DNA of 64,000 bases from Felis catus (GCF_018350175.1 NC_058368.1:134914001-134978000); one strand, 5' to 3'. Shown: positions 11,866-25,013, counted from the stretch's first letter. Made by a program: numbers and translations. The notes: generated by a model not told the origin, from the sequence alone.

Positions 11866-12660
11866 GATTGGGAGCATTCTTGCCACTGCAAAGGGCAGAA
11901 ACACAGTTCAGATTAGTTTAAGCAAAAATGGAAATGTCTCTCTCACATTGTGGAGAGATTCAAAGGGTCAGGTAGACTTTGTGCCCGAATGTATCCAAGA
12001 ATTCAAACAAAGTCGACAAGATTCTTTTTCTTCATCTCTCGCTCCTGAGTGGCTTTCTTTTCAGATAAACTCTCACTTCACGATGACAAGATGGCTGTTG
12101 GAAGTTCCAGGCTGAAGATGTCTCAAAATGTGCTTACAGTGCCGGAGAAAGAGAGATGTGGAGCCTTTTCTGAGAGCTCTGGGAAGTCTCAGGGAGTACT
12201 CTTACTGGGCTGGTATGTTAGCCAGCAGCATAGGCTGGTTTTGCTGTGGTAACGGTTGATCTCAAATTTGAGACTCAACACCCAAGTTCCTGCTCATGTC
12301 CAATGTGTGTCATTGATCCTCAGGTACCCAGAATGTTGGACATTCCCCCATTTTGCAGCTGCACCATCTGGAACTTAACATTTCCTTCACTGCTGCAGCA
12401 GAGGAAAGAGAAAACTAGAGAATTAGGCATAAGTGTTTTGCTGCTTCAGCCTAGAAGTGACCAATAACACTTCCTCTCCTTTTTGGTTAAAACTACCCTC
12501 ATGGCCCTGCCTAACCACATGGTAACTGGGAATATGAGGGAGAATTTAGAATGTTTGATGACTCTCACCATTCCTACCATGCCTGGCTTGACCCAGGACT
12601 GTGGCCAGAGCATGACATACTCCCAGTGCTAGACCTGGGCCACATGCCATCCCAGGGGCT
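11866..12660 (-). mobile_element. Old MaLR LTR fragments (MLT1J/K-like), probably nested
   Basis: tgcaaagggcagaaacacagttcagattagtttaagcaaaaatggaaat, aagatggctgttggaagttccaggct and cctagaagtgac...catggccctgcctaacc motifs. Confidence 0.5.
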
Positions 12661-13062
12661 GGTGGAGGAAGCTCAACATGGACGTTTTCAGAGATCCAGC
12701 AGACCCAGGCCAAGGTCAAGTGTTGACACTCTGCCCGGAGCAGATCCAAGCCATTAGAAAGCTTAGCTTCAGTCACGTTTCTCCAAAGTAAAATTTCCAT
12801 CCAAGGTGGAGTTTAGTGAACTAGTCACAGGGTAACGACTGAGGACACAGAGCTTGTGTCAGCTGAAAGGGAAACGGTGTTGGGATTCCTGATAGTAGAT
12901 TCAGACCGCATGCTGGGGAAAGCTGCCAAGGGAGGCTGCTCGCAAACACTTACCAGTGGACAGGAAGAGGCGGTTCAGTGGGCGAGGCTGTACCTGATCA
13001 GGCCTGCTTTTGGCAACGGTCCTGTGCATCCTCTACCTTGTGGGAAAAAAAAAAACAAGTGT

Positions 13063-13531
13063 TTGCTAGGCAGAATAATAGCCCCCAAAGTTGTCCACAA
13101 CCTAATCCCCAGGAACTGTGACTATGTTGGTTGTGTGGCGAAGAGGAATGAAGGTTGCAGATGGAACTGTGTTTGCTGATCATCTGACTTTGAGATGAGG
13201 AGATTCTCCTGGACTGTGCAGCTGGGCCCAGCGCAATCACAGGAGGCCTTGTAAGTGGAAAAGGGAGGCCAAAGAGAGAGAACCAGAGAGATGGCAGTGT
13301 GAGAAGACCTGCTTCTCTTTGAAGATGGACAGGGACCATGCATCACACAAAGAATGTGGGTAACCTCTAGAAGCTTGAAAAAGCAAGGAGACAGATTCTT
13401 CTCCAGCACCTCCAGAAGGCAGGTTACTCTTCCCAACATTGATTTTAGTCCAGTGAGACCTCTGTGGAACATCTAATCTCCAAAACTATAACACAGATAA
13501 TCAATTTGTGTGGTTTTTAGCCATTCAGTTC
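13063..13531 (+). mobile_element. MaLR solo LTR (MLT1D-like)
   Basis: aggcagaataatagcccccaaag...ggttgcagatggaa...tttgaagatgga...ctagaagcttgaaaaagcaagg matches MLT1D. Confidence 0.85.
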
Positions 13532-14919
13532 ATCTCAGTAGTTATGGGTAACTACCACATTATGGCCTGGGCTTTTACTGGCTTCCATCCAGAAAGTGCA
13601 TAGAATAGAGGGGTCTTGATATGACTGGACCCTCAGGACCAGGGCAGATTGGTGGAAACCTCCCAGGCTGCCCTTGGGAGATGAAAGGGACCACATGCTG
13701 GACAAGGAGGGCAGATGCTATGATTCCTGTGATTGGGAAGCAGACCAAAACCAAGGAAGGTACCAGAGAACAAGGTTCTTCTTGGCCCACTGGGTCCTTC
13801 CTGGGGTTAAAGCAGTCTAGAGTTTGGCCATTATTTGACTGCCATTGACACCTGAAATATTGCCATTAAATTAGAACCTACTAAAATCAAACCAAAACAC
13901 CAACCACTGGATATTGTCCCACCAAGGTGAGGTCATGAAGAATTGTAAGAACTCAGATATGACAAGCCAAGAAGCGAGGGCCAAACCCACAGATCTAGTA
14001 GTAAATGAGCCCAAGTTGACAGTCACTGATAACAGCCTGCCTTTAGAAAAGTGACTTTGTTCATAATCCTCACATAAGTTGACCCTCATGGTGTGTTCTA
14101 TATCATGGTCATATAGAAGGAGACAATTATGAAAACAAGATTGGTTTATGGTCAGCTGATGCACTTGTACACATGCTCATGAACACCCATGTATACGCAC
14201 ATAGAGACAGAGACAGCTAAAACTTTTAGTCTCCCCAATTACTTTGTCTGCTGAGAAGAATGAAGACTCACAGGAAAGACTTAACTCCTTCAAATCAAAT
14301 GGATTTCCCCCTCCCACCTTTGGGAATTGCCCCTGTGCACGGGTAGACCACAAACAGGGCCAGAAGAATGAGGCTTCAACGGTTGGTAATGGAGTCAGGA
14401 CTCACCGTTGCTCTGATGGGAATAACAAGTGAGTGCTCTGATCATTTCAGAGAGGCTCAGTAACCTTCGTGCTATGAACTAATGGTCCCAGTCTGGTTCT
14501 TAGGCAAGCACATGTTCACATTAAGCTTGAACTTGAGTGCTTGTCTATCTTTTAGTTATCAACATCTAAGTCTTCCAAAGCAAACCATTCTGACATGTGG
14601 GTTGCATTAGCACCCTCATTTGCAATTACCCTTATGCAGCAAAGGGAGGGAATCAATGTATTTGCAGAGGCCAAAGCATTTTCAATGCCCCTTCCAGGAA
14701 CAGCTCTGCTTCAGGATGGCTAAGGCTGAGAACTGCCAAGATGGTTGGCCACCCCTGCCAAGTACCCACTGTACCTGGTTTGTGGGCATGAGAAGGCTTT
14801 AGGACGCCAGGACTTTCATTACCAGATTTTGCCAAGTAGATGTTTGCCAACCGAATGCATGCATTACAGGAAACCCATGTCTATTGAGCATCTCTTTTCC
14901 AGGTGCACATCTATAATCT

Positions 14920-15140
14920 TTAAAAAAATTTTTTTTAATGTTTATTTATTTTTGAGAGAGACAGACAGAACACGAGTGGGGGAAGGGCAGAGAGAGAGGG
15001 AGACACAGAATCCGAAGCAGGCTCCAGGCTCTGAGCTGTCAGCACAGAGCCCGACGCGGGGCTCAAACTCACAAACCGTGTGTGAGATCATGACCTGAGC
15101 TGGAGTCGGACGCTCAACCACCTGAGCCACCCAGGTGCCC
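14920..15140 (-). mobile_element. Felid CanSINE
   Basis: Antisense SINE ending ccacccaggtgccc; TSD ctataatct at 14911-14919 and 15141-15149. Confidence 0.95.
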
Positions 15141-15609
15141 CTATAATCTAATTTTATCACCACAGCAACACTCTGAAGCTGATGCTGTTCTTCTCCATTT
15201 AGAACTTGGGAATGCAGTCTAATAAGGTTAAGTTGCCCAAGTGTGAGTCCTACAGTGAGCAAGAAGCAGAGCCCATCCACATCCTCTTGGGTTATCCTTG
15301 CTATGTACTGCAGTGTCCTTTAAGGTAAACCATCTAATCTTGCTAATCTTTAACATGGCCATTTGTAAAATAACAATGATACCCACAATACATCACAGGA
15401 TTGTTATGAGGATCGAATGGAAAAAATAAATGCCAAATTTCTAATTACTTATAAAGTGCTCTGAGCTCCCAGAAGCAGGAATATACCAGTTAAAACTCTG
15501 CATTATTATTTTCAAAACTGTAACTACCAGAAGTCTACACCTTTCATACAATTAGGTTCATCTTCAGATACTCCATTAACTTTGGAAATGAGTTCTAGAG
15601 TAGTATCAG

Positions 15610-15800
15610 GTTAGCTACATTTATTGAGAGCCTCCCCTGCATTATTTCTAATCGCCACAGCTCACTCTTTCAAGCAGATATTACTGTCCACAATTAGAGC
15701 CCGAGAAACTAAGACCCAGAGGTTAAGTAACTTGCTCAAGTGACGGAAGCAGGGTGGCAATCCAGGGATGTCTGATCCAAGTTCTGTGTTCTGTGCCTTG
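15610..15800 (-). mobile_element. MIR SINE
   Basis: catttattgagagcc...gagaaactaagacccagaggttaagtaacttgctcaag. Confidence 0.7.
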
Positions 15801-16392
15801 AATTTTTTAGGAAAGAAATACCACGATGTTATTAATTTATAAACCCACTAATTTACGTGGAACAAATAGGTAGCCTGTGGGTCTGTCCTAAAGAGTGTGC
15901 ACCAATTCCTAATTCCTGCTAAATTTGCTACCGACCCTTCATCCCTCCTCTCTCCCTTTTTACACTTAGATACACAGATGAATGTTCTGTATAAGAGAAA
16001 ACAGTCCGATCCTGCCCAAACCGACATGACCACGATATGAGGTGGTCTGAGCTTGTGTACCTACTGACCCTAGCCCTGGGTGGCCCTGGCAACGGGCTGT
16101 ATGTGCTCCCTGAGGTCAGCTTGGTGTGTGGGGCAAAGGGCAAGTTTCATGGTAGACAGGCAGGCTCATCCGGCCATGCACATACACGCTCCCACTCCCC
16201 TTCACCTTTCTGGACTTCCTATTTAGCTTTTATTTTAGTTTTTTAAACAAATGTCCCCAGTAGAGAAAGATTCCAGCTAGACCACAGGATGGAAATGCAA
16301 TGTCAGTGGGGGCTGGAATAGCTTCAGGTGGAGATAATCCCCACTGAGCCACCTCGGTCCGTAATCCCAGAGCTGTTTGTTTTAGATGGGAG

Positions 16393-16610
16393 AGCACAGC
16401 ATAGTGGCAAGAAGATTGGTGGGCCATAGTCTGTGCTTGAATGCGTAGTCCAATAGTCATTTTAACGTTGTTGAGACAAATGCCTCAGCCTCTCTGGACT
16501 TCAGTTTTATCATCTCTAACAGGGGAACAACCCATACAGTCATTGTGAGGATTAGCTGACCCATGTGAAAGCCAAAACAGTGGCTGACACATAGAAACAC
16601 TTAATACCTT
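16393..16610 (+). mobile_element. MIR SINE
   Basis: cagcatagtgg...cctctctggacttcagttttatcatct...ttgtgaggattag...gtggctgacacatag. Confidence 0.7.
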
Positions 16611-16735
16611 GGTTGGGTGAAGGAGAAGTTGAGTAAATTCTTACCTAAACTGGAGAAGGCCTGGTGTGTCCCATACACTGTGACTCATATGGATGGACCA
16701 GAAACGTCATATCCCCATAGAGTAGTCCTGGTATG

Positions 16736-16960
16736 GAGGTGCCTGGGTGGCTCAGTCGGTTAAGCGTCTGACCCTTGATTTCGGCTCAGGTCATAATCTT
16801 ACAGTTCATGAGTTTGAGCCTCGTGTTGGGCTCTGAGCTGATAGTACGGAGCCTGCTCGGGATTCTCTCTCTCTCCCCCACTCCCCCTGCCCCCATTTGC
16901 ACATGCTCTCCCTCTCAAAATAAATAAACATTAAAAAACCTTTTTTTTTTTTTTTTTTTC
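16736..16960 (+). mobile_element. CanSINE (older felid subfamily)
   Basis: gtgcctgggtggctcagtcggttaagcg head; imperfect TSD ...gtcctggtatg on both sides. Confidence 0.93.
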
Positions 16961-17093
16961 AAGAATGGTCCTGGTATGACCCAGAAATGGCTTCCTGGAT
17001 TGTCTGCCAAGATGTGACCAGACTGGGCATGACTCAGACTTGAGGTTCCCCAAGGAATGGTACCCACTGCCCTAAATATGATCTCTGTTTAAT

Positions 17094-17231
17094 AGTGTTT
17101 TCTCAAACTGTGGTGTGGGGGCCACTTGAATCAGAATCACCCTGAGTGCCTTTCAAAATGCACATGGTCGGGCTCCATCTAGATCTACAGAACCGACCCC
17201 TCTTAGGTGGGGGTGAGGTGGGAATTTGCAT
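17094..17231. mobile_element. MER5-family hAT-Charlie DNA transposon fragment
   Basis: agtgttttctcaaactgtgg...aatcagaatcaccctg...aaaatgca...ggaatttgcat. Confidence 0.65.
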
Positions 17232-17993
17232 CCTTGGTCCTCTCTTGGCCCAGAGCCTGAAAGAATTAACCAAGTTTTGGCTGAGCAAGAGGAGGCAATG
17301 AGACTCCAGGGAGGTGCTATAGCTGAACATTCCTCCGAGAGCCTTCTCCACCTCCCAGCTCAAAGAACCCCTTCTACTGAATTCCCAAGGGTAGAGGATA
17401 CAGTCCATGTCCTGTAAGTATGCCCTCCCACCAAAGAAAATCCTGGAAGAGGCATTATGATAGAGAGAAGAGTTTTTCAGGCTTTTCCGTAATACCCAGG
17501 CTTCTCCTTGGGTTATTCTAATAATTACAATTGTTTAAGAAGCTCTGTTAGGAGCTGGAGTAATGAAGAAGTATAAAATGCAATCCATATCTGGAATGCT
17601 TACAGACAGGTGATTAATTGGCAAGACTAGTAGCCCTTAATGAAATAATTTAGGGGAGCATAGTTATGACAAAATTGTGACTGGTTAAAAATGGTTCCGG
17701 TACAAGGTATCATGCAGTCCCTGTTTTGTATGGCTCATTCCCTGCACAGCAGAAACTTTGCTTCTTTATACTTTTAGCAAGGGAAGCGAGTGTGGCTAAG
17801 TCAAGATGAAGTCCGTAGGGGATCAGGGGTATGTTTTGGGGAAGGATGCATTGTTAAAAGTCATGAGCTTTGCACTAGAGGACTCTGTGCCCTTTGGAGA
17901 ATGAAGGGCTATGGAAGGAAGAGGAAAGGGCACAGGGATGTCTCCTGCTCACGCAGAGGCATACACTCAGGGCTCTTCTAGAACAAGGATAAA

Positions 17994-18202
17994 CGTTGTT
18001 TGTTTGTTTGTTTTGTTTTTCATTTTTGAAAGAGAGAGCGGATGAGTGAGGGAGGAGAAGAGAGAGACAGATGGACAGAGGATCTGAAGCAGGCTCTGTG
18101 CTGACAGCAGAGAACCCAATGCAGGGCTTGAACTCATGAAACGTGAGATCATGACCTGAGTTGAAGTCGGATGCTTAATTGACTGAGCCACCCAGGTGCC
18201 CC
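17994..18202 (-). mobile_element. CanSINE
   Basis: Antisense SINE ending gagccacccaggtgcccc with (TTTG)n tail; imperfect TSD aagg(a/g)taaa. Confidence 0.93.
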
Positions 18203-18683
18203 AAGGGTAAAGATTCTGACAAGAGGCATCTCCCTTTCCTTTTAATTTCCTATTTAATTTTGAAAAATTATCTCCACAACGCAGAAGATAATTTTTTACC
18301 TTGCAAGTTGGTTGTACCATACAATTTCTATGAAAGTGCTCTATAAACGCTAATGTTCCATACATGCTTTTTTTAAAATGCGTCACTCCTCTTCCACATC
18401 ACATAATAAAAATTTGAGGGGTGGCTTTTGTTATTTCTCGCAGCTGCTAACACTGTGTCATACCCATAGCAAATCCTCAGAATAGGTTTCCAGCCAACAC
18501 TGATAATTCTCTCCTTTCCACAAGCCAAAGAAACATTTCTGCTCTGTTACATCCTAGGCCAGGAGCTGGGTGTTTTAGGAGTATTTTACAGAGGAGTAAA
18601 CATTTCAGAAGACCTGACATTATTAAAATCCATCCTTAATTGTTTACTTTTTTCAGTCACCAGGAGCCTTGGAAAAAAACGGG

Positions 18684-19219
18684 TGAGTCAGAATGGTCAG
18701 GGAAACGCAAAGGAGTGTGAGTCACGGGGTCACGGGGGCGGGGGGACACTTGCCTGCTAGGGGCACTTTCACGAGGCCAGCCCAATGGTTTCTGCACTAG
18801 CTCTTCTGACTATGGGTCCTCATTCATTTGGCCAAACCGCCAAGCATCCCAGAGCAATGCATTTCTAGCTGGCTCTGGAGAGCCCCACCCCCCACCACTC
18901 ACACTCTTCCATGCATGGGGCTTAGGCCAGAAGGGGGTCGGGGCCTATGGCAAACTGATTTCTCGTGCCCTCAGAACGACCCTCCCAGAGGGTGCAGCAC
19001 AGTCCTCCCTGCCTCCTGACTGATGGGTCCAAGCGGCTCCTGCCTCAGATGCGGAACATCCTCGAGAAAAAGCTTGCAGGGAGGTTTCCGCCAGCCAGGC
19101 AGGGACTGGCTGTCTGACTAGCGGTAGAGCTCCTGGCAACAGTGGAGGCTGATGAGTCACCAGAGAGGTTTCCAACCTATTCTTATACCCTGAGAATAGC
19201 AGTGGCAACTCATTTGCAT
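18684..19219. promoter_or_regulatory. Candidate AP-1-driven enhancer
   Basis: TGAGTCA at 18684, 18718 and 19153; GC box ggggcggggg at ~18735; octamer ATTTGCAT at 19212; non-repetitive sequence. Confidence 0.5.
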
Positions 19220-19651
19220 CAGCACACCTCTATTTTGGGCAGGTCTTTTTGGAGTTGGGGTTTCCTGTAGTGCGCGTTAAGTACGCGGTCTCCTTTGAGG
19301 TCCCCTCTGCTCAGGTTTGGCATCCTGGGCCTGCCGAGTCGCCTTGGCAACACTAGCTACTCATAATGGCAAAAAGGGGTGGGACTCCCCAGACAAGGTT
19401 TACTTGAGCACTTTCTTTTTCCAGTTGCTCAGATTCTCATCAACTGAGATAATATAATTAAATGCTGGCTGCCTGGCTTCATGCCCAGGGCGTGAAAAGA
19501 GGCCACATTATTGATAGTTCCATTTCCTTTCCCCTTTCTGGAGGTGACGAGGGTGGCAAACTCCAAAGGCACGTGTGGTTCTGTTTTCCCATCTATTCAT
19601 GGAGGCGGGCTCTTACAAAATGGTGGACCCCGCTTTGGTTGGTGAAGCTTT

Positions 19652-19743
19652 TGCTCTTCAAGGTGTGGTCCGTGGAACAGCAGCGTCGGTGAGATATGCA
19701 GAATCATCAGCCTACTCCACACCCACTGAATCTGAAGCTGCAC

Positions 19744-19802
<59 letters not shown>

Positions 19803-19816
19803 TGACAGAGGTAGAT

Positions 19817-19863
<47 letters not shown>

Positions 19864-20066
19864 ATCCCAAGCAGGCTCCATGCTTATAGCATGAAACCTG
19901 ACACAGGGCTCAGTCCCATGACCCTGGGAGCACGCCCAGAGCCTAAATCAAGAGTTGGATGCTCAACCGACGGAGCCACCCAGGCCCTCCTCCCCCCGCT
20001 CCTGTGAATCTGCATTTTAACAAGATCTCAGCTGATGTGTGTGAATGTTAACATTGGGGAAGCACT
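19652..20066. mobile_element. MER5A-family DNA transposon split by a SINE
   Basis: tcaaggtgtggtccgtggaacagcagc...cccactgaatctgaagctgca / gaatctgcattttaacaagatctcagctgat...gggaagcact. Confidence 0.75.
19744..19987 (-). mobile_element. CanSINE with expanded (TTAT)15 tail and (GA)n tract
   Basis: (ttat)n 19744-19803, (ga)n, gaatcccaagcaggctcc...gagccacccaggccc. Confidence 0.92.
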
Positions 20067-21565
20067 AAGCTAAACCACTGCTCACAGAGGCTTGGGTGAG
20101 CCTGACCGCACAGCTCCCAGAGGAAAAACCCAGGGTAGAGGAGTAGACATTATAATGAATAGACTGGCCAATACTGTCCCACCAGTGTCCCACAGCACAG
20201 GAAAGAAAGCCCTCCTCCAGGCAACCTGCCGGTGTTCGTTAGGGCCCTCATACATTAATGACTTCCCAAACAGAACCTGCCGAGCACCCCAGACACCTGG
20301 CAGGTTCTGTGCAGCAAGAGGAGGCAGGTCCCTCAGCAGGCAGAGCCTGGACTAAGTTGTCAGATGCTTGAAGCCATGTCGTCGCTTTCATGACACATCG
20401 ACAGAAGCCACCCAGCTGTCTGAAGCAGAATCAACTCAGTTCAGAGACTCTGAATGGGCACGAGAAAAGACAGAGGGGAGCATGGGTGGGAAGAAGTCAA
20501 GAGAAAAAGGGTCAGCGTGTTGGTAGGCGACATTGCCTCTCTGTTGAGAAAACTGAGGATTTCATTTCCTTTTACATTTCAACTTTTCTTTCATTTGCAG
20601 GATGCTTCTCCCATCTTCTCAATGGTCTTCCTAATTATCATTCAGCTCATAAGACACTCGCTCACCCATGCACAGAAACTCTGGGGCACCGTGTGGGGGA
20701 GGGAACAGACCCTGCTGCTGATGTCATCAAGCTCTCTCCAGGCGACACTATGGAGAAGGACTTGCCATTGTTCGCGTGTGCTACAATTTCCCAATTTCTT
20801 CTAACTGCCTACTTCACAGGAAGCCCCAGAATAGATCCTGTGCCTAGAGAAGCCCTCACAGCCCTTGGGAGACAAGGGCAAAAATACTAAGAAGCAGAGC
20901 AAGGTCATCGTATTAAGACTGGGTTTGTGCATCGTTCTTCCTGCTAAGCTACCTGTACCATGAACAGCCACCGAGGCTGGGGGGACTGTGGTGCTCAATG
21001 AAAGGAGGGCCTCCCACCACTCGCACACGTCAGGGACTGCAGCCCGGGCTCACAGAGCACACAGCTTTGAGGAGGGTAGACCAGCATGCCCTGGTTCATC
21101 CTCAGGACATCCGGTAAAGGACAAAGTGGGGAAATGCCATTTTACAGGTGATTAATCTTCAGTAAGATTTACTGAATAACTTCCTCCTCTATCATTATTA
21201 TCAACAACAATTGTCATTGATATCACAGACAACACATGTTTTTGGAGGGCTGACTGTGCAGACAGAATTTGCATCTTCAAGGAATTTATATTATGGAGAT
21301 CTGAATGAAAATCTTTCCTTTATTACGAGACCAGATTGGGCAAAATCCCCAAGGAAACAAATCATGGCCTTTAAAGGGTAGCAGAATCTATTCTCTGCAA
21401 ACACAGTTGTTGACTGGGCCTTTTTTTTTTTTTTAATAAAATTAAAACTCCATCTACTTTCACAAAGACTAAATCTCTCTTTTGAGTCTAACTGGCCCAA
21501 CTGGAGTGACCTATTCTCTCCTGGAACAATCCAACTGCCGCCAGGGGGAGAGAGTTACAGAAAGT

Positions 21566-21983
21566 CCCTCCCTTTTCCTTCCTTCCTTCCTTCCTTCTTT
21601 CCTTCCTTCCTTCCTTCCTTCCTTCCTTCCTTCCTTCCTTCCTTCCTTCCTTCCTTCCCTCCCTCCCTCCCTCCCCCTTCCTCCCTCCTTCCTTCCTTCC
21701 TTCCTTCCTTCCTTCCTTCCTTCCTTCCTTCCCTCCCTCCCTCCCTCCCTCTCCCTCCTTCCTTCCTTCCTTCCTTCCTTCCTTCCTTCCTTCCTTCCCT
21801 CCCTCCCTCCCTCACCCTTCCTCCCTCCTTCCTTCCTTCCTTCCTTCCTTCCTTCCTTCCTTCCTTCCCTCCCTCCCTCCCTCTCCTTCCTTCCTTCCTT
21901 CCTTCCTTCCTTCCTTCCTTCCTTCCTTCCCTCCCTCTCTCCCTCCTCCTTCCTTCTTTCTTTCCTTCCTTCCTTCCTTCCTT
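21566..21983. repeat. Complex (CCTT)n/(CCCT)n tetranucleotide repeat, ~420 bp polypyrimidine tract
   Basis: Seen directly; only one purine (A at 21814) within the tract. Confidence 0.98.
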
Positions 21984-22550
21984 TGATAAGCTTTCTTTTT
22001 TAGGGTGGTTTTAGACTTAGAGAACAACTGACCAGAAAAATGAGAGTTCCAATATGTTCCTTTTTTCCTCCTCTCCCCACACAGTTTCTCCTATTATCAA
22101 CATCTTACATTAGGGTGGTACACTTGTTATAACTGATGAACCAATGTTGATACGCTATTACCTGAAGTCCATCATTTACATTAGGGTGCACTGTTTGTGT
22201 TGTACAGTTCTACAGGTTTTGACAATGGTACAATGTCATGCCTTTGTCATTATGTCCTGAATAGTTTCACTACCCTAAAAGTCCCCATGCTCCACGTATT
22301 TATCCCTCTACTGTCCCCAATCCCTGGTGACCAGTGGTCTTTTTACCACCTCTGTGGTTTTGCCTTTTCCAGACTGTCACAGATGGAATTATATGGTAGA
22401 AGGCCCTTTCAGACTGGCTTCTTACACTTGGTGACATGCACTTGAGGTTCCCCCTTGTCTTTTTGCAGCTTGATGGCTCTTTACTTTTTATTGCCGCATA
22501 CTATTCCATTGTAGCAATATACCAAAGCTTGTTTATTCATTCATTTGCCG
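21984..22550 (-). mobile_element. L1MC-type LINE-1 3' UTR
   Basis: cagtttctcctattatcaacatcttacattagggtggtacacttgttataactgatgaacc...ttttgccttttccaga...ttcagactggcttctt matches antisense L1MC 3' end. Confidence 0.85.
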
Positions 22551-23199
22551 TCATTTATTGTTTACTTCTCTGTTCTTAAATTAGTCTCAAGAGTATTTTT
22601 TACTTCTACTTCATGTCTTTAATGGACCACTGTGGATTTCTTGTCCCTTCCTATTAGCTCGTGTGACTACTATTGCTACATGAATATGACAGGGCTCAGA
22701 GGGTTTCTGGTTGGTGGTTTTAGTCCGGTGGTATATCAACTCTTTCTTGGCAAATAGTACTTGAATATGTACTGAACGCCAGTGGAATATGTTTTTAAGA
22801 TGGAATGCCCATAATTACACAGTGAATTGGCTACTTTGGCTGAGAGCGAGTTCCTGGATCTTCCAAGTAGTGAAACTTCCACAACTAGAGTTTGAAATTA
22901 AATATCTTCTGGAATGGAGCGGAAGCCTTGTTGTCATCCATGAAATGGAAATGGGAGATGTTATAGCAACTAAAGAGAATATTGCCCAGTAGGAGCTAAT
23001 GGCGTTGGCCACATTTGGTTAGCACCAAGAAACTTTGAACAGGATCAGAGATGTCATGTAATATACTAATCTGGAGGCAAATACACGGTTTAATTTAACC
23101 TTAAAAATACTCCAATCAAGAAATTCTATGAATATTATTTTTTTCTGTAACCATCTTTCCCCCATCCACATGGCTGTCTTGTGGTAATGGGCTTCTATT

Positions 23200-24580
23200 G
23201 AGCCCACTGTAAACTATTTCCCAGGCGACAGGTGGACTGGTCCAAGAGGGATATGGGACTCAAGCTGGGTCAGTCAGATACAAAGAAAAGATTCAGTCTG
23301 AGTGTGGCTAGACTTGGAACAATTAAACTTTCATGCCATATTTTATGCCCTGGACACGAAGTTCCCTTTAGAATGAGAAAAATGAAACAGATGTATATGG
23401 GGGAGAAACTGTCTTCTTATCTTTTCTGGCTCCTGTTTCCAAGAATTTTCTTGCAGTGATCATTACGGTTATCTCCTCAACATTTATTCTTCCTTTTTTG
23501 GTAACCACTCAGTTTTTACTTTGATATCCACAGCTACTGCAAGCATCCCTTGGAAACTGTTTAAGTCCATAGTTAAATGACTGTGGCCTAAGTTTATCAG
23601 AATCCTATTCTCTGAGTAAAGGTGCTGGTTCAGAGATGGACAGGAACACCAAGTGGATACAGGAATGACATAGAGGAAGGTAATTGCTGAGGGATTCAAG
23701 GAGAGAGGCTTCCTTACTTTTTTTGGAGCAGCTGCTGGAAGAAATCCCCACCAAAGAGGAGGGTGATATATTGGACTCAGTTTATGTGCCATCCTAGATC
23801 CATGCACCAGCCTTGCTTATAGGTCATCAAGACCCCAGCAATAGCCTGCTGTCACTGAGACTATGGGCACAGTCACTGCTGCAGCCATTGCTAACACTAG
23901 ATATGGAGAGGCCACATAGCAGGGCTACCTGACACAGAGAGACTGCTGAGCCTCTGCCCTGGCCCCACTTTGTCCTGTTTCCCAGGAGCTGATGGGTCAA
24001 TTCTTCTCTCTTCCCACACCCACGCAGCTAGTCCTGAGATACAGTAGCTCGTGCAACCTTTCGGAAGCCTCCCCATTGTACTTGGTCTCACCCCTTTCCT
24101 GCTTAATTGCCCCTCTTCCTTCTCTTGCATCCCAAGATCTCACTGCGATTACTAATAAAATGTCGACCCGGCAGTTTTCCTGGGAACCCAGGCTAAGCCC
24201 AGGAGGATGTAAGCTCATAGACTGCTGGTAGCTCTCTCGTGGCCATATGAACCAGTGCAAGGATGAAGCCAGTAACATGAGCAGCAGGCAGAGAGCTGAA
24301 AGAAATTTGATAACATCACTGGCCAGCCTGGGAGCCCTTCTCTCCCACCTTGGACTTCCAGTTAACCTGAGTCAGGAAGAAGTCCATTATGTCTAGTTTT
24401 CTGTAATTGGCAGATGAATCCATGGGAACTGATAACCCTCTCTAGTTTCACCTGTACTTGCAGATTCTGGGAGGGCCCCCCTTCCAATCATAGCCTTATA
24501 ATAATTTCTTCTTTTGATCTTTAGTTAACTGGAGTTGATTTCTAGTACCTGCCATCAATTGAACCTTAACTGATATGCCT
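23200..24580 (+). mobile_element. Cluster of degraded MaLR (MLT1J/K-like) and ERVL (LTR16-like) LTR fragments
   Basis: ctggttcagagatggaca, tggacttccagttaacctgag and ttttcctgggaacccaggctaag motifs; exact composition unresolved. Confidence 0.4.
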
Positions 24581-25013
24581 GCCTCCTTTTTGGTACTGAT
24601 GAAACCTTCTAGAGCTCCTTGCTGGAGTTCTGATCTTTTGCACCATTAAAAAAACTCGGTACCAGTTAAAATGTATAGAGTGCCTCTACAGCCATGTGTA
24701 AAATGCAGATTATTTCCGTTTTAATTAAAAACAAACATATATAATGTTTCTTAACAATTTTGGAAGCTCTTCCAAATAAAAACCAAACAATGCCCCCAAA
24801 TAAGAATAGTTTAGGAATTAATCTCTGCCAAGCCAGCTTTCCCCCAGATGATAGATTTGTTAGTTAATCATTCTGAAGCCAGGATTAGAACACAGTCAAC
24901 AGTTTAATAAACCATTCATTTCCTACAGTGCTGAGTAGTTTCATGGGCTTTTACTCTTATACCATAAACAGGACTATAAATTGTATTAGTAATTGTTTTT
25001 GAAAAGGATGTCA

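Noticed and set aside
21482..22003. 173-aa ORF of PSFL repeats and antisense EGRK-repeat ORFs
   Set aside because: Translation of the stop-free (CCTT)n microsatellite
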